A stretch of 64,000 nucleotides of DNA from Cenarchaeum sp. (GCA_963693095.2 OY843768.1:704001-768000), one strand, 5' to 3'; shown: positions 41,310 through 51,465, numbered from the stretch's first letter. Numbers and translations are program-made. Notes: generated by a model from the sequence alone, not told the origin.

Positions 41310-42155
41310 TCACGGACAAAGCCCCGCGCGGCGCGCTATCTGCGGCTCGTGTGCGGGAACCCACCCGCCCTTACGGCCCATCTCGAGCACACGCCGTATG
41401 GACTCCTCGCCGGCCTCGCCCATCTCCACTGTTGTGGGATTGACGTACATTTTGACAAAGCGCTCTAGCATGTCGCGCGGCTTTGACCTAGAGTATCTCA
41501 TCGCATAGTCCATCGCGTCATCAAAGTGCGCAATGCCATACTCTATCGAGTCGCGCAGGCACGCGTCAAATCTCGATATGGCCTCCTCGCCTAGCGCGTT
41601 GCGCGCCACGTTGACGCCCAGGGGCACGGGCAGGCCGCCGGTCTGGCCGTCCCACCACTCGCCGACGTCTGCGACCTTTTGCGTCCCCTCCTCGGCATAT
41701 GTCAGCTGCGTCTCGTGTATCACAAGGCCCGCGTCTGCGGCACCAGAGCTGACAGCCTCGGGTATGTCGCTAAATTTCATCTCCTTGTAGTCATACTCGC
41801 CGATCATCAGCCGCAGGAGGAGAAACGCCGATGTCAGTCGTCCCGGCACGGCAATGGTGGTCTTTTTGATCTCCTCTAGGGTGATGCCCTTGCGCGCCAC
41901 GACGATAGGCCCATAGCCCAGGCCAAAGCTTCCGCCACTGCGCAGTATCGTGTGCTCGGGCATGTGCGCGCACGCGTGAACAGAGACTGCAGTGACGTCG
42001 AGCTTGCCCTCGTCGACACCAGACCTGTTTAGCGTCTCAATGTCCTCGACTGTGTGCCTTATGTCGAGCCCATGCGTGCTGACCTTGCCGGTGAGCATGC
42101 CATAAAACATGAACGCGTCATCGGCATCAGGAGTGTGCCCCACGGTTATCTCCAA
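41310..42155 (-). CDS. mqnD: 1,4-dihydroxy-6-naphthoate synthase (futalosine pathway)
   Basis: GHTPDADDAFMFY, DIETLN, GYGP, AVPG.LTSA, GLVIHE, LPVPLG, MYVN motifs; the last codons and stop lie inside the transposon IR. Confidence 0.9.
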   Translation of the reverse strand: MEITVGHTPDADDAFMFYGMLTGKVSTHGLDIRHTVEDIETLNRSGVDEGKLDVTAVSVHACAHMPEHTILRSGGSFGLGYGPIVVARKGITLEEIKKTTIAVPGRLTSAFLLLRLMIGEYDYKEMKFSDIPEAVSSGAADAGLVIHETQLTYAEEGTQKVADVGEWWDGQTGGLPVPLGVNVARNALGEEAISRFDACLRDSIEYGIAHFDDAMDYAMRYSRSKPRDMLERFVKMYVNPTTVEMGEAGEESIRRVLEMGRKGGWVPAHEPQIARRAGLCP

Positions 42156-42412
42156 TGGTGGAGGCGGCCCAATGTCGGTATAAAAATCAAGGGCGATCCC
42201 CGGCAGTCAGCCGTGTGGCCTGTATGGGTGCAGGAATGAATCAGAGTCGGCCGAAACGCAAACTGGCCGATTGTGGACTGCGCGGCAGGCAGGCTTTGGC
42301 GTTTTATGGGCAGAGCAGAGCTGAACAGCGAGTGCGTGCGATCCCAAAGGCAATTCTGCCGGCTAGCCGACCCTGTCATACATGTGGCAGAGTATGCGCC
42401 ACGCAGAATCGC

Positions 42413-43105
42413 CTAGGCGGGAGCTGCGGGGGCAGGAGAGGCGCCTGCCGGTGCGAGCTCGGGGTTTAGCTCCTCCTCGACCTGCCGGTCCACTGCCCTC
42501 TCGAGGCACTCCACGACCTCTTCTATCGTCGCGCTGCCGTCTGCGTACCTCTTTATGCACGCGCTAACCTCGGGCGTCTTTCTGTTCACCCTCTTTGATT
42601 TCCTGCTGAGCTTCAGAAATGTCCATAGCGTAAAGACTCCCGGCTCTGCCAGCGGCGTGAACAGCGAATCGCTGCCTATGTACTTTCTGATTCCCAGAAC
42701 TTTGAGATCTTCCAATGTCAGATAGCCTCGATCCTCTGTCGGCTTGTCGGGATCATCCCTGAGGAACACGGTGTCGTCATAGTCATAGTCTGACACCATC
42801 CCCGACAGTTGCGCCGGGACCATCGCCTCCTCATAGCAGATGCCCCAGCGCTCTATCATGCGCCTGTCCAGCTCGAGCCGCTTGAGCCTGCCTCCGGCCT
42901 CCTCGAGTATCTCGACCATGTGGTCCGTGAGCTCGCAGTCGCGCTCGGCCTCGTCTGACAGAGCCTCTGGCGTCATGTGATCGAGCTCGTAATTGTACTC
43001 CTCGTCGGGCGCGGCCTCCTTGCCGTCTGGCTCCTCGAGCTTGCTGGCTGGTGCCCCCGCGCCACGGCGCGCATCGCCGGCATATGTGTGGTCCTGCATG
43101 CGCAT
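42413..43105 (-). CDS. Hypothetical protein, tandem paralog A2
   Basis: Long blocks identical to 43105-43758; starts in a TGATG overlap with the upstream stop. Confidence 0.75.
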   Translation of the reverse strand: MRMQDHTYAGDARRGAGAPASKLEEPDGKEAAPDEEYNYELDHMTPEALSDEAERDCELTDHMVEILEEAGGRLKRLELDRRMIERWGICYEEAMVPAQLSGMVSDYDYDDTVFLRDDPDKPTEDRGYLTLEDLKVLGIRKYIGSDSLFTPLAEPGVFTLWTFLKLSRKSKRVNRKTPEVSACIKRYADGSATIEEVVECLERAVDRQVEEELNPELAPAGASPAPAAPA

Positions 43106-43758
43106 CACGTGCGCGCCGCGGCAAGCTCGGGGTTTAGCTCCTCCTCGACCTGCCGGTCGACTGCCCTCTCGAGGCACTCCACGACCTCGCCTATCGTCGC
43201 ACTCCCATCTGCGTACCTCTTTATGCACGCGCTAACCTCGGGCGTTTTTCTGTTCACCCGCTTTGATCGCTCGCTGAGCTTCATGAATTCTTCTAGCGTG
43301 AATGTTCCGGGCTCTGCTAGCGGCGTGAACAATGAATGATGGTTTACAGACTTTCTGATGCCCAGAACCTTGCAATCTCTCAACACCAGGTATCCCTGAG
43401 TCTCTGTCGGCAAGTCGGGATCGTCCGTGAGGAACACTGTGTCGTCATAGTCATAGTCTGACACCATTCCCGACAGTTGCGCCTGGACCATCGCCTCATC
43501 ATAGCAGATGCCCCAACGCTCTATCATGCGCCTGTCCAGCTCGAGCCGCTTGAGCCTGCCTCCGGCCTCCTCGAGTATCTCGACCATGTGGTCCGTGAGC
43601 TCGCAGTCGCGCTCGGCCATTTCTGACCACATCTCCGGGGTCCATGACGTCATTCCTCCCCTGCATATCTCCGCCGCGATCTCCGCACTGCTGCGTTCCT
43701 CCTCTCTAAGCACAGCCTCGTGATCGGGCTCCTCAAGCTTGGCGCTCGCCGCGTTCAT
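43105..43758 (-). CDS. Hypothetical protein, tandem paralog A1
   Basis: TTATATATT box about 25 bp upstream of the ATG at 43758; wHTH-like HMVEILEEAGGRLKRLELDRRM segment. Confidence 0.75.
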   Translation of the reverse strand: MNAASAKLEEPDHEAVLREEERSSAEIAAEICRGGMTSWTPEMWSEMAERDCELTDHMVEILEEAGGRLKRLELDRRMIERWGICYDEAMVQAQLSGMVSDYDYDDTVFLTDDPDLPTETQGYLVLRDCKVLGIRKSVNHHSLFTPLAEPGTFTLEEFMKLSERSKRVNRKTPEVSACIKRYADGSATIGEVVECLERAVDRQVEEELNPELAAART

Positions 43759-44169
43759 GGGATGGTGTGCCTTGCCATAATATATAATTCCTAAGCCGGT
43801 TCCGGCCATCTTGGCAAATGCCTCTTGTCGCCTAGGGCGATAATGTCATCCAACGCCATTCGATCAAAGTCTGCTGCGACTCCCACCCTCGGCAAGGCCC
43901 GTGGCGCGACTCGTTGGGACACTCTTTGGAAAGGGGGCGCCAGATGTGGTTGCCGGGGCGCACATGACCGGAATGAACGGGCACGACGGGGTGGACGCCG
44001 AGTCGATCGTCCCAAAAGGGCAGGAACATGCTCCCTCATCTGTCGCCACACCGGCCTCCGGAATCTAGCCCGAGCAGGGCAAGGAACCGCGCGCCGTCTG
44101 TTGTTGGACCAGAAAGTGCGGGCAGTGCCCATATACGTTTATTATCAAGCATTTGGGCCTTTTGGACGG

Positions 44170-46362
44170 TTGAAGTACAAGTCAACAGAGCAGGTCCTAA
44201 AGACGATCAGCGACAAGGAGCGCATACGCAACTTTGGAGTCATTGCGCACGTCGACCACGGCAAGACGACGATGAGTGACAGCCTCCTTGCGCACTCGGG
44301 GATAATAGCGCCCTCTGCGGCCGGCAAGGCCCTTGCGCTTGACTCGATGAAGCAGGAGCAGGACAGGGGAATCACCATAGTGCAGGCAAACGTCACGCTC
44401 GCATACTCAAAGGACGGCACAGAGTATGTCATAAACATGATAGACACGCCCGGCCACGTCGACTTTAGCGGGAGGGTCATACGCAGCCTGCGCGCAATTG
44501 ACGGGGCTGTCGTCGTCTGCGACGCAGTAGAGGGAATAATGACGCAGACAGAGACGGTAACGCGAATGGCTCTCGAGGAGCGCGTGCGTCCGGTTCTCTA
44601 CATCAACAAGATCGACCGCCTCATAAAGGAGCTACGCCTCACGCCCGAAAAGATGCAAGAGACCCTTGCCAACGTCGTGAAAAACTTTAACTCGTTAATC
44701 GACACGTATGCCGAGCCCGAGTACCGCGAAAAGTGGAAGGTCTCCATACAGGACGGGAGCGTCTCGTTTGGCTCGGCAAAGGACCGCTGGGGGTTCAACA
44801 TTGACATTATGAAGGAAAAGGGCGCCTCGTTCAAGGACATCTATGCCGCATATGACAGCAGCGGCAGCGTCGAGGCCCTCGCCGAGCGCGTCCCGATAGC
44901 CGATGCGATCCTCGGCATGGTCGTAAAGCACCACCCTCCCCCGCATGTGGCCCAGGCGTACCGCGTGCCAAAGATATGGAAGGGCGACCTTGACTCTGAA
45001 ATCGGCCGCGCAATCGTCAACTGTGACGAGTCCGGACCCACGGTGATGATGATAGTCAACATGGCCCTGGATCCCGCAGCAGGACCCGTTGCCATCGGGC
45101 GCCTCTTTTCTGGGACGATAAAGGACGGCGACACCGTGAACATTATAGACTCAAAGCGCGAGGGCCGCGTCCAGTCCGTCAACTTTTTCATGGGAAACCA
45201 GCGCGAGCAGGTCGGCAGCCTCGGCGCGGGCAACATACCGGCACTCCTGGGCCTCACCGAGGTCAGGGCAGGCCAGACTCTCTCGAGCATAAAGGGCATA
45301 AACGTCTTTGAGGGCATAAAGTATGTTTCTGAGCCCGTCGTGCAGATCGCCATAGAGCCAAAGCACCCAAAGGACCTCCCGCGCCTAGTCGACGTGCTAA
45401 AGCGCCTGACGATCGAGGACCCAAACCTCGTGGTAAAGATAAACGAGGAGAGCGGCGAGACGATAATCGCCGGAATGGGCGTTTTGCACCTAGACATCGC
45501 AACGACGCTGATAGCCGAGAACAAGGTCGACATCGTCACCTCTCCGCCGCTCATCAACTATAGGGAGACGGTGAGGGGCGCATGCGATGCCATAATGTCA
45601 AAGTCGCCCAACAGGCACAACAAGATATTCATGAGAGTCGAGCCCCTCGAGGACGCCGTTGCCGACCGCATCCGTGACGGGACGCTCTCGGAGATGAAGG
45701 ACAAGAAAGAGGTCGCAAGGATGCTGCGCGAGCTCGGCTGGGAGCCAGACGTCGCAAAGAGCGTCATGCGCTTTGACCCGCGCGGAAACGTCATGATAAA
45801 CGCTACAAAGGGCGTCCAGTTCATCCAAGAGTCGACTGACTCGATACTCTCGGGCTTTGATGACGTGATGAAGGAGGGGCCGGTTGCGCGCGAGCAGGTC
45901 CGCAACTGCAAGTTTGTCTTTACGCACTTTGTGCCCCACGAGGACCCCGCGCACCGCGGCCTCGCTCAGCTTGGGCCGGCATCGCGCCGCGCGTGCATGG
46001 GTGCCGCACTGATGGCCAGCCCAACGCTCCTCGAGCCAGTCCTCGCAATCGAGGTTCGCGTTCCGCAGGACATGATAGGCAACGTCGCCACGGTCATATC
46101 TGGCAGGCGCGGAAAGGTCCTGGACACGCAGCAAAAGGGCGTGATTAGCATCGTGACTGGCGAGCTTCCGGCATCCGAGACCTTTGACCTCTCAGAGGCC
46201 ATGAGGGGCCAGACTGCCGGCAGGGCAATGTGGAACACTCACTTCAAGGCGTGGTCAGAGGCCCCAAAGTCGGTTCAGGCCCAGGTCGTATCTGACATTC
46301 GCAAGCGAAAGGGCCTTGCCCCCGACCCGCCAAAGCCCGGCGAGTTTGTCGACAGGGAGTGA
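44170..46362 (+). CDS. fusA: Archaeal translation elongation factor 2
   Basis: AHVDHGKTT, RGITI, DTPGHVDF, NKID and the diphthamide site HEDPAHRG; TTG start inferred from KYKSTEQVLK. Confidence 0.97.
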   Translation: MKYKSTEQVLKTISDKERIRNFGVIAHVDHGKTTMSDSLLAHSGIIAPSAAGKALALDSMKQEQDRGITIVQANVTLAYSKDGTEYVINMIDTPGHVDFSGRVIRSLRAIDGAVVVCDAVEGIMTQTETVTRMALEERVRPVLYINKIDRLIKELRLTPEKMQETLANVVKNFNSLIDTYAEPEYREKWKVSIQDGSVSFGSAKDRWGFNIDIMKEKGASFKDIYAAYDSSGSVEALAERVPIADAILGMVVKHHPPPHVAQAYRVPKIWKGDLDSEIGRAIVNCDESGPTVMMIVNMALDPAAGPVAIGRLFSGTIKDGDTVNIIDSKREGRVQSVNFFMGNQREQVGSLGAGNIPALLGLTEVRAGQTLSSIKGINVFEGIKYVSEPVVQIAIEPKHPKDLPRLVDVLKRLTIEDPNLVVKINEESGETIIAGMGVLHLDIATTLIAENKVDIVTSPPLINYRETVRGACDAIMSKSPNRHNKIFMRVEPLEDAVADRIRDGTLSEMKDKKEVARMLRELGWEPDVAKSVMRFDPRGNVMINATKGVQFIQESTDSILSGFDDVMKEGPVAREQVRNCKFVFTHFVPHEDPAHRGLAQLGPASRRACMGAALMASPTLLEPVLAIEVRVPQDMIGNVATVISGRRGKVLDTQQKGVISIVTGELPASETFDLSEAMRGQTAGRAMWNTHFKAWSEAPKSVQAQVVSDIRKRKGLAPDPPKPGEFVDRE

Positions 46363-46368
46363 GGGCTC

Positions 46369-48096
46369 CTAGCCCAGAACGCCGCCGAGTACGTCCATGT
46401 ACGAGGAGGGCACATACCTGCGCATCCTCTGGACCAGGTCGCGCGCGCCGGCATCAAGAATGTACGTGACTGCATGGTCATCGGCGCTGCGGACCGAGCG
46501 GCCCATGCCCTGCAGCAGCTTTGTGAGCGCGGCGTACCTGTACCAGACGTCATCCCTCTTCATCTTTGCCATGGTCCGCCTGTCGCCAAGCGACAGGTAT
46601 GGCGTCTTTATGATGATCTGAAACCTCGAGAGATCGTCCTTGAGGTCGACGCCATACCAGAGTGATGGTGAGACCAGGACGCTGGGATCGCCGTCTTGGC
46701 CGTGCTCGGCTAGTGTCTGCTCTCGCTCCTGTCCGGAGTCGTTGTGGAGTATGCGGAGGCGTGCGGCCTCGGCGGCGCCCAGCTCGGAGCGGACGTGTGC
46801 GGCAATGGCGTCACAGTGGTCCTTGCGCGATGTCAGTATGAGGCCCTTTTCTCCGGCGTGGTTTCGGAGTATGCCCGCAACGGTCGAATAGACTGCGACA
46901 TAGTCCTCTTCGGTGGATCTCGCGTTCAGCCTGCGCACGTCCATAAAGCGAACCTCGCGGCTCTTCGCCGGAAACGGCGAGCGCTCGATCTCTATGAACG
47001 CGCAGTCCTTGTCCTCAAGGCCCATCGTCTTGCAGAATATCTCCCTGTGGACAGTCGCGCTCATGTAGAGCTGGCGGTCCATGTCAAAGAACCTGCGCGC
47101 ATGTGCGCCGACCTCCAGGGGCTTTATCGAGATTCCCCCGCTCTCTGTTGGCTGCACTATCATGTTCTCTGGCGCGCTGTCAAGCTCGTGGCGTATGGCG
47201 TCCAGGTCGTCTCGCCTTCGGCGGTACCTTGCGACAGCAGAGTCCTGCCGGTCGCCAGCCGCATCCCCCTTGCCGGACTCTTCCATCTCGGCGACTGCCT
47301 CGTGGTACACGTCAGCGACGTGCTCGACCATCTTTTTCACGCCGTCAACGTCGTCAGTGGCATAGTCTGACATGCGCAGGTTCACGTCAGATAGGTGCGA
47401 GCGGTATATGTCCATGCCTATCATGTCTATGAGCTGGTCCTCTATCTCATGGGCCTCGTCAGCAATGATTGACCGGCGCTTTAGCATGTCTGCGGCTCCT
47501 GATGGCGGGTACTTGCGCGTCAAAAAGTACGCCGCATAGTTGAACACCGTGTGAGACGCGTTGAGCGCGATGTATTTTTGGTCATAATAGTGGCACTTTT
47601 GGCCCTCGGTGAGCGCCTTTATCGACTCGGCCTCTGTCCCGCGGCCGTCGACTGCATACTGTGTGGGCATTGGCTTGTGCTCGCAATAGACTGTCCTCTT
47701 GCGCCCTCCGGCGGCGACCTCCTTCCACGAGCAGTTTGCTCGCGAGCACGACAGCGCGTCATCACCGCTAGCCGCATCAGTGCCTGTGCCTGCCTGCTCG
47801 CAGAGGACGAGGCACGGAAAGTTGGACTTGCCCTTTAGCGGCCGCACCCACGCAAAGTCCCCCGTGTACTGGTCCTGCAGGACCTTTTGCGCCGTGAGCG
47901 TGTGCGACGAGCCCGTCGCTCGCGCAAACGCCATGGCGATGTGGCTCTTGCCAATTCCGGTCGGCGCGCAGAGTATGATGTGCCTAAACCCCGAGGAGAG
48001 CGCGTCATCTATGCGGCCCATAATCTCAGACTGCACGGCACGCGGCTCATAGGCGGCCGGAAAGCTCTTGGCCAGGGAGGCCACCTGAGAGGACAC
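46369..48096 (-). CDS. Rad3/XPD/DinG-like SF2 helicase
   Basis: APTGIGKS, LKGKSNFPC with further Cys residues, DEAH, MSAT, GVDL, QGMGRSVRSADD, ILD motifs. Confidence 0.9.
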   Translation of the reverse strand: MSSQVASLAKSFPAAYEPRAVQSEIMGRIDDALSSGFRHIILCAPTGIGKSHIAMAFARATGSSHTLTAQKVLQDQYTGDFAWVRPLKGKSNFPCLVLCEQAGTGTDAASGDDALSCSRANCSWKEVAAGGRKRTVYCEHKPMPTQYAVDGRGTEAESIKALTEGQKCHYYDQKYIALNASHTVFNYAAYFLTRKYPPSGAADMLKRRSIIADEAHEIEDQLIDMIGMDIYRSHLSDVNLRMSDYATDDVDGVKKMVEHVADVYHEAVAEMEESGKGDAAGDRQDSAVARYRRRRDDLDAIRHELDSAPENMIVQPTESGGISIKPLEVGAHARRFFDMDRQLYMSATVHREIFCKTMGLEDKDCAFIEIERSPFPAKSREVRFMDVRRLNARSTEEDYVAVYSTVAGILRNHAGEKGLILTSRKDHCDAIAAHVRSELGAAEAARLRILHNDSGQEREQTLAEHGQDGDPSVLVSPSLWYGVDLKDDLSRFQIIIKTPYLSLGDRRTMAKMKRDDVWYRYAALTKLLQGMGRSVRSADDHAVTYILDAGARDLVQRMRRYVPSSYMDVLGGVLG

Positions 48097-48148
48097 GGTG
48101 GCGTGCGCCTGTGCGGCTCCTTTTAATCCATTGGGGCATGCCGGGGGG

Positions 48149-48327
48149 TGCCTTGTGCAAAAAGCAGGAGCGGCCAAGATGGCCTGCAGGGCGCAGAACA
48201 GGTGGATCACTGAATGCCTGCGGGTTCCTGTCTAGTGCCCCGAATGGGCAGAGGTGGACTCGATCGGGCAGCGCCACGGCTTTTTGCATAAAACAGCCCA
48301 CTTGCGGGATCATTCATGGGCAAGGGC
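48149..48327 (+). repeat. 179-bp MITE-like repeat, copy a
   Basis: Homologous to 50266-50360 plus 51468-51551 (also 179 bp once IS630 is removed) and to 52655-52740; ends in the GCGGGATCATTCATGG element end. Confidence 0.75.
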
Positions 48328-48388
48328 TGCGCCTGCGCGCACGGGGCAGAGGCGCGACTGCGCACAGGCATGGCTGCCATGCCCCACC

Positions 48389-49153
48389 TCACTGTGCGGC
48401 ACCACGTCCACGGGAGCCAACAAGGCTCTGCAGCGCGCCGCTGCGCTCATGCCTCGCAATGCTTCGCCTGATCTTGGCGGTCAGCTCACGCCTGTGCTTT
48501 GGCGCGATGGCATCATGCACGTCGTGCGTGAGCCTCAGCAGCTCCCTGGAAAACGGGCGGGTGAGTATGTGTGCCAACGTCGTGTCTCGATGGTCGTCAA
48601 GATACTCGGATATGGCATTGAAAACCAGATCGTCAACATCCTCGTTTGCGGTGTTTTCGGAGAATGGGTATCGCCAGTGGGGGTCATCGAACCCCTCGAG
48701 TGACACGCCGGCATGCAGGGCAGAGGTCACCTTGTCTGCCCCAAAGTCGCCCACGCCATGGACAGAGTCGGCCCCGAACACGATGAGCGGGAGCCCCGTA
48801 TGCTGCCGCACCCTGGGCTCGTGCTCGGCGTTTATGGCGTACACTACCGTGTGGCTGGTCACCTTGCATGCGGGGCCGACGAGTTCTTGGATCTTTGAGA
48901 GATCCAGGTCGGCATAGGCGGCATCCTGCCCGAGGTCGATGTTGGGGCCGGCCTTGCATTCGATGAGCAGGGCGTGGCCGGAGTTAGACACAATCACAAT
49001 GTCCGGCTTGACGTTCCTGCCCTGGCGCTCTATGATCCCCTCCACGACCCGCACGACATAGCCCAGATCGAAGAGCGTCCTGGGCCAGTCCCCACGGCCA
49101 TCCATGGCGCACAAACCCAGAATCATGTTCAAGACCAGCGCGTGTCTATCCAC
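48389..49153 (-). CDS. PD-(D/E)xK nuclease-like protein
   Basis: VKPDIVIV.....ALLIECKAG motif; overlaps the upstream gene stop. Confidence 0.7.
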   Translation of the reverse strand: MDRHALVLNMILGLCAMDGRGDWPRTLFDLGYVVRVVEGIIERQGRNVKPDIVIVSNSGHALLIECKAGPNIDLGQDAAYADLDLSKIQELVGPACKVTSHTVVYAINAEHEPRVRQHTGLPLIVFGADSVHGVGDFGADKVTSALHAGVSLEGFDDPHWRYPFSENTANEDVDDLVFNAISEYLDDHRDTTLAHILTRPFSRELLRLTHDVHDAIAPKHRRELTAKIRRSIARHERSGALQSLVGSRGRGAAQ

Positions 49154-50213
49154 TGCACCCTCCTGTGGTCAAGTCTATGCAGGTGGCGCCTGCGTCATAG
49201 TGCATCTGTATCCTCGAGAGCAGCCAGAGTGCGGCGCTGCCGGGATGGTGTTTTCTGAGCGTGACGAGTATCGCGGGGGAGTCCTCGTGTCTGGTCGAGA
49301 TTGCAGTCTTCATGCATATTCCGCTGCCCCCGTCAAAGGTCGGAACAGCATAGTACGTGTCTCCCTTCTTGAGGTGCCTCTCTAGCATGCGCGGAAACCT
49401 GGGATTCCCATACACAATGTCCACAAACCGCTGCACGTCCTCGATCCTTTTTGAGAGCCGGATCTTGACCCCGCCACCAATGTCGGTGAGGTCAGGGCCC
49501 ATGAGGAATCCCGTGCTGCACTCCTCGACCCTGGTGGCCATCCTTGCGTACCTCTCCCTGATCATGCCGGCGAGGCACAGGTGCGCCTCCACGCACGTCC
49601 CGTCCCTTGCGGCGATCCACCCGTCGCAGTCGGCGTCGATCTCCACGTGGCCGGAGCCGCCGGCCCCTGCTCCCCTCGCGCGCACTGTTCCCAGGACCGT
49701 GCGGCCGCCCACCATGCGCGTGGCCTGGTGGCCCGCCCGCGACGTGCCGTTGAGGCCGTTCGCGTCGCTGCGCCACTCGTTGACGCACTCGTTTAGCGCG
49801 CGCGGCCCTATCCAGGCGCGGTTGACCTGCGTCGTGTGGACGAGGAGCGCCATCGCCCTGCTGGCTATCCTGTCAGTGGCCAGCGTGTGCACAAGGCAAA
49901 ACCTCCCCATGCGCCGATCCATGTACAGCTTGCAGTCCGGCACGAGCTTTTGGCAGGCGCGGCCCCCCGACGGCAGCTCCCCGACGTCTCGGGGCACGAG
50001 CGTGGAGACGCCGGACACCCCGGTCGGCGTCTCGACCCACCGTATGTCCGGCAAGCGGCTTGCCGGGGCGTGGCCATACTCGAGGTCGGCGACGAACGTC
50101 TTTAGCCCCATGGATCCCGCAGTGTCCATGCCAACGCGCATCATGGCGCGCAGCGCCCCGTCAATCTCGGCGCCGGTGCGCACCGACTCTAGTCCCGCAA
50201 TGACGGCCGTCAT
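49146..50213 (-). CDS. Hypothetical protein B1 (nuclease partner)
   Basis: About 355 aa; TATATTT box upstream of the ATG at 50213; duplicated at 51538-52602. Confidence 0.7.
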   Translation of the reverse strand: MTAVIAGLESVRTGAEIDGALRAMMRVGMDTAGSMGLKTFVADLEYGHAPASRLPDIRWVETPTGVSGVSTLVPRDVGELPSGGRACQKLVPDCKLYMDRRMGRFCLVHTLATDRIASRAMALLVHTTQVNRAWIGPRALNECVNEWRSDANGLNGTSRAGHQATRMVGGRTVLGTVRARGAGAGGSGHVEIDADCDGWIAARDGTCVEAHLCLAGMIRERYARMATRVEECSTGFLMGPDLTDIGGGVKIRLSKRIEDVQRFVDIVYGNPRFPRMLERHLKKGDTYYAVPTFDGGSGICMKTAISTRHEDSPAILVTLRKHHPGSAALWLLSRIQMHYDAGATCIDLTTGGCSG

Positions 50214-50360
50214 GGCATGCGTCAGACCCCATGCCAAATATATCCATTTGCCAAGCGCGGGCTCTTGCCTTGCGCAAAAAGTGGCGGGGTGGGCGGGAAC
50301 GCCTGTAGGGTGCAGATCATGCGAGCCCATGGAAGGTCGGCGGGTCAGGGCAGGGAACTA

Positions 50361-51465
50361 TACTCACGAGCTAAAGTTCGTATAGATGATCAAGTTTCCC
50401 CGACCCCGCAGCTATATTGATCGCCCCCTCCCGCGCCAGGGCATGGACGACCGGAAGCGGGAGGAGCTGAGGGACGCGCACCACAGCGAGAAGAGCGGGC
50501 ACGTGAGGGACAGGATGCTCGCCGTGCACTGCGTGGTCAACATGGGCATGACGCACGAGGACACGGCGGACACGCTGATGCGGTGCCCGGGGTGGGTCGG
50601 CAAGTGGGTTGCGCGGTACCGGGAGGGCGGGCTTCCCGCCCTCCGCGACCTCCCGCGCTCCGGGAGGCCGCTGGCCGTGCCGCGAACGGCGCTCGACGGG
50701 ATCCTCGCCGACGCGTCGGGATCCCCCACGACCCCGGCCGCGGTCCGCGACAGGATCGCCGGGGCGGCGGGGACACTGTTCCACATAGCCAGCGTGAGGA
50801 GGCTCATGCGCGAGTTCGGCCTCTCGCGCAAGAGGCCGCGAAAGGCCCACGTCAACAGGGCGAGCGCGTCCGCCGTCCGCAGCTGGCAGCGGCGCCTTGC
50901 GGGGGCGGCGCCACGCCTGGCGCGCGCGGGATACACGATGCTGGTGCAGGACGAGTCGATCATCGTGAACGACGCCGGGGGCATGGCGACGCACTGGACG
51001 CCGCGCACGGTGCCCGTCTACGAGCCGTACACCGGGAGCCACGAGCGGATCGTCGTGTACGGGGCGATCGCCGAGGACGGGCGGCAGGCGTTCCGGACGC
51101 GCGACAAGTTCAACGCGGACACGTTCGCGCAGTACCTTGCGGAGCTGCACGGGAAGTTCGGCAAGATCGCCGTCATCGTCGACAGGGCTCCCCAGCACCG
51201 CGCGGGGGCGGTCAAGGACCTGCTGCGCGCCAACGGCGAGATCAAGCTCATCGAGCTGCCGGTGGGATCCCCGCAGCTAAGCGCCATCGAGGGGACGTGG
51301 CGCATACTCAAGAGGGACGTCAGGGTCCCGGGGCAACCACGAACCCTGGACGAGCTGAGGATCGCGGTCGGCGAGTACCTCAGGACCAAGCGGTTCAACC
51401 TGAACATCTACGCATACCTGAACAGGAAGGTCGTGGAAGGTCACACGAACTTTAGCTCGTGAGTA
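50361..51465 (+). mobile_element. IS630-family element, copy 2 (1105 bp)
   Basis: Same 21-bp IRs; TA duplication at 50359-50360 and 51466-51467. Confidence 0.96.
50386..51462 (+). CDS. IS630-family transposase
   Basis: Protein identical to 27072-28148. Confidence 0.95.
   Translation: MIKFPRPRSYIDRPLPRQGMDDRKREELRDAHHSEKSGHVRDRMLAVHCVVNMGMTHEDTADTLMRCPGWVGKWVARYREGGLPALRDLPRSGRPLAVPRTALDGILADASGSPTTPAAVRDRIAGAAGTLFHIASVRRLMREFGLSRKRPRKAHVNRASASAVRSWQRRLAGAAPRLARAGYTMLVQDESIIVNDAGGMATHWTPRTVPVYEPYTGSHERIVVYGAIAEDGRQAFRTRDKFNADTFAQYLAELHGKFGKIAVIVDRAPQHRAGAVKDLLRANGEIKLIELPVGSPQLSAIEGTWRILKRDVRVPGQPRTLDELRIAVGEYLRTKRFNLNIYAYLNRKVVEGHTNFSS

Larger units (their letters stand above)
37117..41323 (+). 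mobile_element. Composite/cargo transposon, 4207 bp, with 9-bp target-site duplication
   Basis: Left end GGCCCTGTCCACGAATG; right end (reverse complement) GGCTTTGTCCGTGAATG, 13/17 match. CCGCGCGGC is duplicated at 37108-37116 and 41324-41332. Confidence 0.88.

Noticed and set aside
42413-43758. Diversity-generating retroelement TR/VR pair
   Set aside because: Differences are not adenine-specific, both copies are intact genes, and no reverse transcriptase is present.
43825-44169. 115-aa N-terminal extension of EF-2
   Set aside because: Low-complexity open frame; a TATA-like box at about 44138-44148 and EF-2 homology starting at 44170 favour the shorter gene. The same logic was applied to the purK, purE, purP and helicase extensions.
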